Origin: an uncultured Verrucomicrobiae bacterium
GTDB lineage: Bacteria > Verrucomicrobiota > Verrucomicrobiia > Chthoniobacterales > JAFAMB01
Direction of reading: 5' to 3'
Assembly: GCA_963762565.1 (NCBI GenBank)
Contig: CAVXLD010000005.1
Span: 384,001 to 448,000 of the forward strand
Length of the DNA: 64,000 nucleotides
Of this stretch, positions 1 through 10,993 are shown piece by piece (position 1 is the stretch's first letter; every line of letters starts with the position of its first letter). The translations under genes were made by a program, and so were the position numbers. Below the pieces are notes generated by a model, which worked only from the letters and a program-made list of their open reading frames with translations, ran no database searches and had not been told where the DNA came from.

Positions 1-1
1 A

Positions 2-1591
<1,590 letters not shown>

Positions 1592-1597
1592 GCAAAC

Positions 1598-1895
1598 TTG
1601 GTGGGGCGAGGCTCCCGGATGGCCTGAGAGCTTTCGCAGGGTTAAGCTGCGTATCCTACCTTATTGCATAAAACGCCTGAACCCTGCCGAGCCGGGCCCA
1701 GCGCGAACCATGCTCATCAGTAGATTTGTGAGAATAAGGTTCCCTCCCGGACTTGGGGCTGGCGATAGCTTACGGTTTCAATGACATCCTGGGACCAACG
1801 GCTCGGCAACGGTTTGGTGTATTCCGCGAATCGTCTGAATGAGCTGTGTTGCCTTGCGAAATCTCACAGGCCATTCCGGAGCCTCGCCCCACCAA
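1598..1895. mobile_element. MITE/REPIN-like element of about 300 bp with long terminal inverted repeats
   Basis: 1598-1641 TTGGTGGGGCGAGGCTCCCGGATGGCCTGAGAGCTTTCGCAGGG matches the reverse complement of 1852-1895 with a few mismatches. Weaker pairing continues inward (TGCCGAGCCG / CGGCTCGGCA). Confidence 0.7.
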
Positions 1896-1908
1896 TCATG
1901 GCTTCCAC

Positions 1909-1922
1909 TGTAAACGTTTGCA
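1909..1922. promoter_or_regulatory. LacI-family operator candidate TGTAAACGTTTGCA
   Basis: Near-perfect palindrome with central CG and A/T flanks, about 46 bp upstream of a sugar ABC operon. Weaker copy at about 1938-1951. Confidence 0.6.
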
Positions 1923-1968
1923 TCATTTGCTCTGCGAGTGTTACGTTTGCGCGTTTTCTCTTTCCCCC

Positions 1969-3411
1969 ATGAAACGCGTTGCTCAATTCTTGGCTGCCGG
2001 TGTTGGAGCCGTTATTTGGACCTCTGCTGCTGCGGCAGCCGATTTACCTTCGTTTAACCATGTCACCGTTACTGTCGTGGGCGATGCCGGCCAAAACATG
2101 GAGTCGTTGAACAAATACGCCGACGATTTCACTAAAGCTGGGATCACCATCAAACAGGTCGGCGCCACCTTTACCGGTCTTTACGACAAGTTGAAGACCA
2201 GTTTTGTCGCAGGTTCGAGTGACTACGACATGGTGATCTTTTACCCGTCCTATATCGGCGATTTTGCTGGAAACGGTTATCTGGCGCCGCTCGACGATTA
2301 TATGAAAAAGACGCCGGCTTCCATCTGGGACCCGAAGATGGATGAGGTAATGCCGCCTTACCGCGAGGTCTATTGCAAATGGGAGGGGAAAACTTATGCA
2401 TTGCCCTACGATGGCGACGTGCTGGTGCTTTACTATCGCAAGGACCTATTCAACAACCCGGACGAAAAGGCCGCTTTTCAGAAAAAGTATGGACGTGAAC
2501 TGGCTCCGCCTGCGACTTGGAAAGATTGGCTGCAGGTAGCGGAATTCTTCACCCGAAAAGCCGGAGATACGTTGGCCGGTCAGAAGTTGACCCGGCCTTT
2601 CTATGGCGCTGCCGAGTACGGCGCTCGCGGGTTCAGTTACGGCTGGTTCCTATCCCGATTTGCCAGTTCCGGCGGCATTTACTTCGATGCCAACATGAAC
2701 CCACAGATTAATACGGACGCCGCAGTAGCCGGTCTGCAAAACATGGTGGATACGCTGAAGTTCAGTCCGCCGGATGTCCTTAGTTACGGATATGAAGAGC
2801 TCAAGAATGCGTTCTTAAACGGCGATCTCGCCATGGTGGTTCAATGGTCTGACGTCGGCAAAAAGACGGCCGATCCGCAACTCAGCAAGATCGTCGGTAA
2901 AGCCGGATTTGCCGTGGTCCCTGGGACGGAGGTGAACGGCAAAGTTGTCCATAAAGCGCCCATGCCCGTGGGCCGGGTATTAGCCGTGTCTGCCAAATCG
3001 AAGAACAAAGAAGCAGCCTATTGGGTTGCGAAGTATCTATCGCTAGATAAGAGCCCGATCACGGTAGCGGCTAACTGGAGCGGCCAGGATCCTTATCGGC
3101 TCAGCCATTTCACCGATACTTCCCATTACAAGTTCCCGGATGAAGCTTCAGTCAAAGACTACGTGGCGGCAGTCCAAGAGAACCTGAACGACGGTTTTCC
3201 GGACCTCAATATTCCTGGCGCCGCTCAATACATCGATTCTTTGGACGTCGCCGTGACCAAGGCTTTAGCTGGTGAAGCTGATCCGAAGACCGCATTGGAC
3301 GGCGTCGCCGAAGATTGGAAGGGAATTACCCAGCGTCTGGGAGCGGACACCCAGAAGAAATTCTGGGACGCGGCCTTGGAAAGCTACCGCGCAGCAGGGC
3401 TGCTCAAATAA
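1969..3411 (+). CDS. Sugar ABC transporter substrate-binding protein (CUT1/MalE-like)
   Basis: Signal peptide MKRVAQFLAAGVGAVIWTSAAAAAD; YALPYDGD..LYYRKDLF and PATWKDW motifs. Start moved from 1846 to ATG 1969. Confidence 0.9.
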   Translation: MKRVAQFLAAGVGAVIWTSAAAAADLPSFNHVTVTVVGDAGQNMESLNKYADDFTKAGITIKQVGATFTGLYDKLKTSFVAGSSDYDMVIFYPSYIGDFAGNGYLAPLDDYMKKTPASIWDPKMDEVMPPYREVYCKWEGKTYALPYDGDVLVLYYRKDLFNNPDEKAAFQKKYGRELAPPATWKDWLQVAEFFTRKAGDTLAGQKLTRPFYGAAEYGARGFSYGWFLSRFASSGGIYFDANMNPQINTDAAVAGLQNMVDTLKFSPPDVLSYGYEELKNAFLNGDLAMVVQWSDVGKKTADPQLSKIVGKAGFAVVPGTEVNGKVVHKAPMPVGRVLAVSAKSKNKEAAYWVAKYLSLDKSPITVAANWSGQDPYRLSHFTDTSHYKFPDEASVKDYVAAVQENLNDGFPDLNIPGAAQYIDSLDVAVTKALAGEADPKTALDGVAEDWKGITQRLGADTQKKFWDAALESYRAAGLLK

Positions 3412-3416
3412 AGACC

Positions 3417-3497
3417 GTGTGGGCGTATGGGCGCGCCGGCGTATCGGCGAGACGCCGGCCGCTATTCGTGGTCCACTCAGTCTACTTTGTCCACTAC
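3417..3497 (+). repeat. 8-bp array (GTATCGGC-like) followed by 9-bp array (GTCCACTnn)
   Basis: gtgtgggc gtatgggc gcgccggc gtatcggc; gtccactca gtctacttt gtccactac. Confidence 0.75.
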
Positions 3498-3920
3498 CAG
3501 TAACGGGCGGGACGCATCCATAAGTCCCCTCCCTGCCGGATAGGTCGAGAGATCGAACTCGGCCTGGCGGGGAACCCCGAGAGCGAAAATTCGTACTTGG
3601 ATCTCTAGATCATGTTCGATGTATAACTCGCTGAGCACCAACGAGATTCACTCGATGCCAAACATTGGCATGCTCTATGTTCGCTCATGGCTTAGAGCAA
3701 TCCCGTTACCTAACTGAAACTATCATGCAGAGCGCCGCAACTCCTGCTTATCGCTGTGAGAAAAACTAACTATTACCCGCGTTCGCGATCACGGGTTTAT
3801 CTTCGCCGAGATAAAATTACCGACATCACACAAGCAGTTGTTCCATGAGTCTACTCGATCCACTCCGTAAACTTATTTCACCAGAGCCAAAAGCTTTCGA
3901 CGCTGATGCGCTTCCAAGCA

Positions 3921-3966
3921 AACCGCTAAACGCCGAACGCCAAACGCCGAACGCCAAACGCCAATC
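3921..3966 (+). repeat. 7-bp tandem array (A/G)AACGCC x5 abutting the permease start
   Basis: aaacgcc gaacgcc aaacgcc gaacgcc aaacgcc, then aatc GTG. Confidence 0.9.
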
Positions 3967-4851
3967 GTGAACCTTTCTCAGCAACACGACCGAACGTTTG
4001 CCCGCGCCATGGTTGGACCCGCGGTGACCCTCCTATTTCTGGTGACCATCGGTCCGTTACTGTTCTCCTTGGTGGTTTCGTTCACGAATCTGCAATTCAG
4101 TGCGCCGCAACCGATGCGCTGGGTGGGTATCGATAATTATGTAAACCTGCTCTTCAATGATTCTCGGTTCCTCAGCTCAATGGGTCGAACCCTGGTCTTT
4201 GTGCTGGCCGGTGTTGTGGTCCAGACACTGCTCGGCTATTTCATCGCTTCCTTGCTGTTGCATGTCCAGCGGTTCCGCGCGTTCTTCCTCGGACCGATCT
4301 TAATTCCTTCTGTGATTTCCTCTGTGGTGGCCGGCTGGCAAGGGAGAATGATTTTCAATGCGTCTTACGGTCCATTGAACGATCTTCTTGCGCATATCGG
4401 GATCACAGGACCTGCCTGGTTGGCGCATCCGCAGACGGCTCTTTTATCCGTATTTCTGACTGATACCTGGCAATGGACGCCGTTTCTAGCCCTGATTATT
4501 TTAGCAGCGTTACAAAGCCAACCTCAGGAGTTGTTGGAGGCAGCCCGGCTCGATGGCGCCCGCGGTTGGTCTATGTTTCGCCGGATCACGTTACCGCTGA
4601 TTTTGCCGGTAGCTGGGGTAGGTGTCTTGCTTCGCGGAGTCGATTTATTCAAAACGTTTGATTTGGTTTATATCCTGACCCAGGGGGGACCCGGCAATAG
4701 CAGCGAGACCCTCACGTTCTTAACCTATCTGCAGGGGTTCAAGTTCTTCAATCCGAGCTACGCTTCGGCCATGTCGTTCATTCAACTGATCGTCATCACG
4801 ATCGTGGCGAAAAGCTACCTCGGAGTAATGAATAGAAGGGGAGCGATCTAA
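3967..4851 (+). CDS. Carbohydrate ABC transporter permease
   Basis: EAA loop ELLEAARLDGARGWSMFRRITLP; DTWQWTPF; hydrophobic segments. Confidence 0.92.
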   Translation: MNLSQQHDRTFARAMVGPAVTLLFLVTIGPLLFSLVVSFTNLQFSAPQPMRWVGIDNYVNLLFNDSRFLSSMGRTLVFVLAGVVVQTLLGYFIASLLLHVQRFRAFFLGPILIPSVISSVVAGWQGRMIFNASYGPLNDLLAHIGITGPAWLAHPQTALLSVFLTDTWQWTPFLALIILAALQSQPQELLEAARLDGARGWSMFRRITLPLILPVAGVGVLLRGVDLFKTFDLVYILTQGGPGNSSETLTFLTYLQGFKFFNPSYASAMSFIQLIVITIVAKSYLGVMNRRGAI

Positions 4852-5669
4852 TGTCGAAACGGTCATTGATCGACATCGCAAGGTGGATTGCCCTATTAGC
4901 AGTGCTGGTAGTTCTGCTCTTCCCCCTGTTTTGGATTATCTCCAGCAGCCTTAAGGCCAGGGGCGAATTCTTTACTCGCCCACCCGTTTGGTTGCCTGCC
5001 CATCCAGAATGGTTTAACTATCCGGATTCACTTCAACGGGGCGGAATGAAGGGGTTAACGGATAGTTTTACCATTGCTTTCTTTTCGATGGCCGTTTCGC
5101 TGCTGCTGGGTACGCCAGCCGCTTATGCCATCGCCCGTTTCCAGATAGGGAAGAAGAACCTGGCTTTTTGGATCCTGTCCATTCGCATGTTCCCGCCCAT
5201 CGCTACGATCCTGCCTTTATTTGTGCTATTCCGGTATGCCGGTCTAGTCGATACCTATGCCGGGTTAGTTCTGTGTTATACGGTATTTAATCTTCCCTTT
5301 GCGATTTGGATCCTGAAAGGATTCATCGAGGACTTACCAAAAGAAATTGAGGAAGCAGCCAAGGTAGACGGAGCCACCCGTTTCCAAATTTTTCGGAGCA
5401 TAGTGCTCCCATTGACCGCACCGGGACTGGTGGTGGTGGCATTGTTCACCTTCATCTTCGCTTGGAACGATTTCGCCTACGCGGTCATTTTCAGTGGGTC
5501 GAATGTCACGCCACTGCCAGTCGTGATAGCACAATTTGCCGGTGGCCATGAGATTCTTTGGGGACAAATTTCCGCCGCCGCCATCATGGCGATTTTACCA
5601 GCCTTAGTCCTGGCGACTTTCTTACAGAAATACCTCACCCGAGGCCTGACCATGGGAGCGGTGAAATGA
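4851..5669 (+). CDS. Carbohydrate ABC transporter permease
   Basis: EIEEAAKVDGA, FIFAWND, C-terminal GLTMGAVK; start overlaps the previous stop. Confidence 0.92.
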   Translation: MSKRSLIDIARWIALLAVLVVLLFPLFWIISSSLKARGEFFTRPPVWLPAHPEWFNYPDSLQRGGMKGLTDSFTIAFFSMAVSLLLGTPAAYAIARFQIGKKNLAFWILSIRMFPPIATILPLFVLFRYAGLVDTYAGLVLCYTVFNLPFAIWILKGFIEDLPKEIEEAAKVDGATRFQIFRSIVLPLTAPGLVVVALFTFIFAWNDFAYAVIFSGSNVTPLPVVIAQFAGGHEILWGQISAAAIMAILPALVLATFLQKYLTRGLTMGAVK

Positions 5670-5689
5670 AGCAAGGAGGGCCCAACGCC

Positions 5690-5808
5690 GGGAGGGCGCG
5701 CGTCCCCGCGCGCCGCGGACCCGGTCTGTATCGTCGACCCAATCCGGCGCTTGATCGGGTCTATGCTGGGCTTCGCGAACAACGGATCGCGAGGACGCGA
5801 TAGCTCCC
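5690..5808. repeat. Inverted REP-like doublet (REPIN-like)
   Basis: GGGAGGGCGCGCGTCCCCGCGCGCCG versus reverse complement of 5783-5808, GGGAGCTATCGCGTCCTCGCGATCCG. Each arm is itself palindromic. Confidence 0.6.
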
Positions 5809-5832
5809 CATCACGGGTGATGACCGGACCCC

Positions 5833-5878
5833 AACCTAAAACCTAGAACTTAAAACTTAAAACCTAAAACCCAGAGCC
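5833..5878 (+). repeat. 7-bp tandem array AAC(C/T)TA(A/G)
   Basis: aacctaa aacctag aacttaa aacttaa aacctaa aacccag. Confidence 0.85.
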
Positions 5879-5906
5879 GTAATGGTGATATAGATCAAAG
5901 ACACTT

Positions 5907-6335
5907 ATGCTTAAAAATCTGACCTCCCTGCACACGCCCGAGTTGTTACACACATTGGCTTCGATGGGACACGGTGATGATATCGTAGTCGTTGACGCCC
6001 ATTTTCCGGCTGTATCTATGGCGCAAAGACTTGTCCGGCTTGATGGTGTCAGTGCTCCTGCCGCTCTGGATGCGATTTTACAGCTCATCCCCCTGGATAG
6101 CTTCGTGGATGACCCAGCCTTACGGATGGAAGTGGTGGGAAAGCCGGATGAAGTTCCGGAGGTGCAGAAAGAATTCCAAGCGGTCATCGATAAGCGGGAA
6201 GGTAAGGCTTCGCCGTTAGCGAAAATCGAACGGTTCGCATTTTATGAACGGGCAAAGAAAGCTTTTGCCATCGTAGCGACCGGCGAACTGCGTACTTACG
6301 GGTGTGTGATCATTAAGAAGGGCGTTATCCTGTAG
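5907..6335 (+). CDS. RbsD/FucU family sugar pyranase/mutarotase
   Basis: LASMGHGDDIVVVDAHFP; ERFAFYERAKKAFAIVATGE..YG..IIKKGV. Confidence 0.92.
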   Translation: MLKNLTSLHTPELLHTLASMGHGDDIVVVDAHFPAVSMAQRLVRLDGVSAPAALDAILQLIPLDSFVDDPALRMEVVGKPDEVPEVQKEFQAVIDKREGKASPLAKIERFAFYERAKKAFAIVATGELRTYGCVIIKKGVIL

Positions 6336-6345
6336 AATTGCCGGT

Positions 6346-7281
6346 ATGCCGAAAGCGAAAGTCAGCATCCTAGGAGCATTCGTAACCGATCTCGCTTGCC
6401 GAACGGATCGTATGCCGAAGTGGGGAGAAACGATCCTGGGTAATTCATTCAAGCTGGGGCCTGGTGGAAAAGGCTCGAACCAAGGGGTAGCCGCGGCGCG
6501 TTTAGACGCGGACGTTGGTTTGATCACTAAGATCGGGAAGGATGCATTCGGCGAGATGGCGAAGCGCTTTTACGTAGAGCAGGGGATGAGTCTAGCGCAT
6601 ATCTACGAAGACCCGGAAGAAACCAGCGCCACCGCTACAATCGTTATCGACGAAAAGACGAATGAGAACTCGATCATCGTTGTGCAAGGCGCTTGTGCTC
6701 ATCTCACCATAGAAGAAGTGGAAGCCGCCGATTCTGATATTGGCAGCGCTGACATTTTCATGACCCAACTCGAGTTACCGCTCGCGCCGACGGTACGCGG
6801 TATCGAGTTGGCACATGCAGCCGGCGTACCGATCATTCTGAACCCGGCGCCCGCTTTACCCGTACCGCCGGATGTACTGGCCAAGGTCGATTATTTGACT
6901 CCGAATGAGACCGAAGCAGTGACCCTGGTTGGCAAAGAATCGCTGGATCAATTCCGAAACATCGAGCAGCTCGCCGATGAGCTTCTCGCGCTCGGAGTAC
7001 GCAATGTGGTGATTACTTTGGGCGAGAAGGGAGCTTTTGTGAAAGGGCCGGGGGTTACCCAGCACGTTCCACCGTTTTCGGTAGAAAAAGTCGTGGAAAC
7101 CACCGGCGCGGGGGATGCCTTTGCCGGCGGGTTCGCAGTGGCGTTAGCCGAGAAAAAGCTCCTGGTAGAGGCGGTGACATTCGGGTGTGCAGTCGCCGCG
7201 ATTTCTGTGACTCGACGCGGCACCGCGCCATCGATGCCCTACAGGAAGGAAGTGGATGCGTTGTTGGGAGTGAGGACTTAG
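6346..7281 (+). CDS. rbsK: Ribokinase (PfkB family), possibly deoxyribokinase
   Basis: GPGGKGSNQ, LNPAP, TPNETEA, TTGAGDAF. Confidence 0.88.
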   Translation: MPKAKVSILGAFVTDLACRTDRMPKWGETILGNSFKLGPGGKGSNQGVAAARLDADVGLITKIGKDAFGEMAKRFYVEQGMSLAHIYEDPEETSATATIVIDEKTNENSIIVVQGACAHLTIEEVEAADSDIGSADIFMTQLELPLAPTVRGIELAHAAGVPIILNPAPALPVPPDVLAKVDYLTPNETEAVTLVGKESLDQFRNIEQLADELLALGVRNVVITLGEKGAFVKGPGVTQHVPPFSVEKVVETTGAGDAFAGGFAVALAEKKLLVEAVTFGCAVAAISVTRRGTAPSMPYRKEVDALLGVRT

Positions 7282-7315
7282 CAAGCGATGAAAACGCTGC
7301 CAACAGGATGAACCT

Positions 7316-8296
7316 ATGAACTCGATCGACACAAGCTACCCCGATGCGTTGCTCAAAGACCAGGACGCCTGGGCCAGGCCGGATCTGGATTGGGTAAAAG
7401 CGATCGCCGTAAACAAAAGCGCTATCGAACGGCGGGTCGCTACGTTAGCGGGGAGGCGTACAGTAAAGAAGGAATGGCAGGCTGCTTGGCTCTTAAAAGC
7501 GATTACCTGTATCGATCTTACCACTCTGTCCGGAGACGACACCGAAGGCAAAGTGCAACGGCTGTGCGCCAAGGCCAAATCTCCCGTTCGAGCGGACCTT
7601 CTCGAGGCTTTAGGTGTGACTGACATTACGGTCGGTGCGGTCTGTGTCTATCCGACCATGGTCGGCCACGCAGTACGAGCCCTGAGCGGCACCAACATCC
7701 CGGTTGCCTCAGTTGCCACCGGTTTTCCCACCGGTTTGATGCCGATGACCCAGCGCTTGGAGGAGATCCGGTACGCAGTCGATCAAGGGGCCGCCGAGAT
7801 CGATATGGTAATCACGCGCGAGCTCGTACTAACGGGAAGATGGGAAGAGCTTTTCGATGAAGTTGCTGCCTGTAAGGACGCCTGTGGCCGGGCACATTTA
7901 AAGGTCATTTTAGCCACAGGCGAGCTTGCCACTCTGCGGAACGTGGCTCGGGCTAGCATGGTTGCCCAACTCGCCGGCGCCGATTTCATAAAGACTTCCA
8001 CCGGAAAAGAGGCAGTAAACGCGACTTTGCCGGTTACTTTAACCATGGTTCGTTGTATCCGGCATTATTATCAATCGACCGGCCGAAAAGTCGGTTTCAA
8101 ACCCGCCGGCGGTATCCGTTCCGCCAAAGACGCTCTAGCCTGGCAAATCTTAATGAAAGAAGAACTGGGCCGCGATTGGCTTGAACCAGAGCTCTTCCGT
8201 TTCGGCGCCTCCGGCCTGTTAACCGATATCGAACGCCAGCTCGAACACTTTGTGACCGGCCGGTATTCGGCCAATTACCGCCATCCGGCGGCATGA
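7316..8296 (+). CDS. deoC: Deoxyribose-phosphate aldolase
   Basis: IDLTTL, GADFIKTSTGK, GFKPAGGI, FRFGASGLL. Confidence 0.95.
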   Translation: MNSIDTSYPDALLKDQDAWARPDLDWVKAIAVNKSAIERRVATLAGRRTVKKEWQAAWLLKAITCIDLTTLSGDDTEGKVQRLCAKAKSPVRADLLEALGVTDITVGAVCVYPTMVGHAVRALSGTNIPVASVATGFPTGLMPMTQRLEEIRYAVDQGAAEIDMVITRELVLTGRWEELFDEVAACKDACGRAHLKVILATGELATLRNVARASMVAQLAGADFIKTSTGKEAVNATLPVTLTMVRCIRHYYQSTGRKVGFKPAGGIRSAKDALAWQILMKEELGRDWLEPELFRFGASGLLTDIERQLEHFVTGRYSANYRHPAA

Positions 8297-8324
8297 CTCA
8301 CATCTGAGAACGGAGCGATGGCCC

Positions 8325-8499
8325 ACAGTAAGCACGTAAGCAGTAAGCAGTAAGCGGTAAGCAGTAAGCAGTAAGCAGTAAGCAGTTTTATCATGACCTG
8401 GCTATCCAAAGCACCGACTAATTGTGGCGACGGCGCCGTAATCGAATGCCGCCTCGGCTGCTCGGCACTGCTCACTGCTTACAGCTTACTGCTTACTTC
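8325..8499. repeat. Inverted pair of 7-bp arrays: (GCAGTAA)n at 8325-8388 and (TTACTGC)n at 8465-8499
   Basis: About 9 units on the left and 5 on the right, separated by a 76-bp spacer. Confidence 0.92.
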
Positions 8500-8549
8500 C
8501 GCGCCACCCCACCAAACCTTTTCTAACCCAGTTAGCTTCCACGCCAACA

Positions 8550-10958
8550 ATGCCTACCGTTAAAGAGATATTCGCCACCATGGAATACGGCCCAGCGCCG
8601 GAGAGCGCCGAATACGTGAATGCATGGCTGGAAAAACACGGGCGCCGCTTTGGGCACTTTATCAATGGCCGGTTCGTGGAAGGGAGTAGCACCTTTGAGG
8701 TGATCAATCCGGCGACGAAAGCAACTATCGCTACGGTTAGCCAGGGAACCGGCGCCGAGATCGATCAAGCGGTTCAAGCTGCCAGTGCTGCCTTTGAAAA
8801 CTGGCGTGCTACTTCCGGTCATGAACGTGCGCGTTATCTGTACGCGATTGCTCGTCAGATCCAAAAACATTCCCGGCTTTTCGCTGTGCTCGAAACCATC
8901 GATAACGGCAAACCGATCCGTGAGACCCGTGACATCGACATCCCGCTGGTAGCGCGGCATTTCTACCATCACGCGGGCTGGGCCCAGCTCGCCGGCGAGG
9001 CTTTTTCGAATTACGGACCTGTGGGTGTTTGTGGCCAGATCATTCCCTGGAACTTTCCGCTACTGATGTTGTCCTGGAAAGTCGCGCCCGCATTAGCGGC
9101 CGGTAACACCGTCGTGCTGAAGCCTGCCGAGTTTACTCCGCTAAGCGCAATCCTTTTTGCCGAGATCACCCAGCAGATCGGCTTACCTCCCGGCGTATTT
9201 AATTTGGTTACTGGAGACGGACGCGCCGGAGCAGCGTTGGTAGAACACCCTGGCGTCGCTAAGATTGCATTTACCGGTTCAACTGAAGTCGGCCGGATCA
9301 TCCGGCAAAAAACTGCCGGTTCCGGGAAAAAGCTATCGCTCGAGCTCGGCGGCAAGTCCCCGTTTGTTGTTTTCGACGATGCCGATCTGGACAGCGTCGT
9401 GGAAGGTGTGGTGGACGCGATCTGGTTCAATCAAGGCCAGGTCTGTTGCGCGGGAAGCCGGTTATTGATTCAAGAGAGCATCGCAGAGGTGATGTACTCC
9501 AAACTTCGGAACCGGATGGAGAATCTGCGAGTGGGTGATCCTCTCGATAAAGCGATCGATATTGGCGCGATCGTGGCGCCCGTCCAACTCCAAAAGATCG
9601 AGTCCCTGGTCCAGCAAGGCATCAAAGAAGGCGCCAGTTGCTGGCAACCGCACTGGGCGGTCCCAACCGAGGGACTGTTTTATCCTCCCACCCTGTTTAC
9701 CAATGTTGAACCGGCCGGCACCCTGGCCCAGGTCGAGATCTTCGGACCTGTCCTGGTCGCGATGACCTTCCGTACACCAGAGGAGGCAGTCGAGCTTGCT
9801 AATAATACTCCGTATGGATTGGCCGCATCGGTCTGGACCGAAAATTTGAATCTGGCACTCGATATCGCTCCAAAAATCAAAGCCGGAGTCGTCTGGGTGA
9901 ATTGTACAAATGTGTTCGACGCTGCAGCCGGGTTCGGCGGCTACCGAGAGAGTGGGTTTGGCCGGGAAGGCGGCGTGGAGGGAATGTACGAATATCTGAA
10001 GCCGAATTGGGAGCAACACCTTCCCGAGGTAGAGGACTCCGGCTTTGAACCTCGAGCCGAACCGGGTGTTAACGCCGGCAACGCCGACAGCGCCGACAGC
10101 GCCGTCAACGTGGGTATCGATCGGACACCAAAGCTTTATATAGCGGGAAAACAGACACGGCCGGACAGCGGTTATAGTTATCCGGTGTTTGATCCAGCCG
10201 GAAAACACCGGGGAGAGGCCGGATTCGGCAACCGCAAAGATATCCGGAACGCGGTCGAAGCGGCCGTTAAAGCCACAGGCTGGGCAAAGTCACCGGCGCA
10301 TTTGCGGGCTCAGATTCTTTTTTATATCGCCGAGAACCTTCAGGTGCGGGCCCGGGAATTCACAGACCGTTTGGTTGGCGACGCCGGTTATGCGGTTGAG
10401 CTGGCTGAACGTGAAGTGAAAGCCGCTATCGAACGGACGTTCTATTACGCGGCGTGGGCCGACAAATACGACGGGCGGATACACCAGACCCCATTCCGCA
10501 ACGTGACCTTGGCCATGCCTGAGCCATGGGGAGTCATGGGAATCGTCTGTCCGGAAGCAAACCCGCTGCTGGGTTTCCTTTCCCTGGTGCTGCCGGCCAT
10601 CACCATGGGAAATAATGTCGTGGCGATCCCGTCCGCAAAATATCCGCTCGCGGCAACGGACCTTTATCAAGTCCTCGACACCAGCGACTTGCCGGGTGGA
10701 GTCATCAACATCGTCACCGGCAACCAGCTGGAGCTCGCCAAGGTTCTCGCCCAACACCTCGAGGTCGCAGCCATGTGGTTCTTCGGCTCAAAATCGGGAA
10801 GCGAGATGGTGGAACGCGAGTCGGCCGGCAATCTCAAGGCAACCTGGGTCAGCCATGGTAAAGCCCGCGACTGGTTCAACCCCGAACAAAGCCAAGGGGA
10901 AGAATTCTTGCGGCATGCGACGCAGATAAAGAACATCTGGGTGCCGTACGGAGAGTGA
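8550..10958 (+). CDS. Double-domain aldehyde dehydrogenase (DeoC-associated type)
   Basis: N-terminal ALDH with PWNFP, FTGST, LELGGKSP, NQGQVCCA, EIFGP and SGFGREGG; second degenerate ALDH domain after a linker. Confidence 0.92.
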   Translation: MPTVKEIFATMEYGPAPESAEYVNAWLEKHGRRFGHFINGRFVEGSSTFEVINPATKATIATVSQGTGAEIDQAVQAASAAFENWRATSGHERARYLYAIARQIQKHSRLFAVLETIDNGKPIRETRDIDIPLVARHFYHHAGWAQLAGEAFSNYGPVGVCGQIIPWNFPLLMLSWKVAPALAAGNTVVLKPAEFTPLSAILFAEITQQIGLPPGVFNLVTGDGRAGAALVEHPGVAKIAFTGSTEVGRIIRQKTAGSGKKLSLELGGKSPFVVFDDADLDSVVEGVVDAIWFNQGQVCCAGSRLLIQESIAEVMYSKLRNRMENLRVGDPLDKAIDIGAIVAPVQLQKIESLVQQGIKEGASCWQPHWAVPTEGLFYPPTLFTNVEPAGTLAQVEIFGPVLVAMTFRTPEEAVELANNTPYGLAASVWTENLNLALDIAPKIKAGVVWVNCTNVFDAAAGFGGYRESGFGREGGVEGMYEYLKPNWEQHLPEVEDSGFEPRAEPGVNAGNADSADSAVNVGIDRTPKLYIAGKQTRPDSGYSYPVFDPAGKHRGEAGFGNRKDIRNAVEAAVKATGWAKSPAHLRAQILFYIAENLQVRAREFTDRLVGDAGYAVELAEREVKAAIERTFYYAAWADKYDGRIHQTPFRNVTLAMPEPWGVMGIVCPEANPLLGFLSLVLPAITMGNNVVAIPSAKYPLAATDLYQVLDTSDLPGGVINIVTGNQLELAKVLAQHLEVAAMWFFGSKSGSEMVERESAGNLKATWVSHGKARDWFNPEQSQGEEFLRHATQIKNIWVPYGE
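10071..10110 (+). repeat. In-frame 9-bp array in the ALDH interdomain linker
   Basis: aacgccggc aacgccgac agcgccgac agcgccgtc, encoding NAGNADSADSAV. Confidence 0.75.
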
Positions 10959-10961
10959 GCT

Positions 10962-10993
10962 GCGTATCGGCGTATCGGCGTGTCGGCGTGTGG
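10962..10993 (+). repeat. 8-bp array GCGT(A/G)TCG x4
   Basis: gcgtatcg gcgtatcg gcgtgtcg gcgtgtgg directly after the ALDH stop. Confidence 0.85.
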
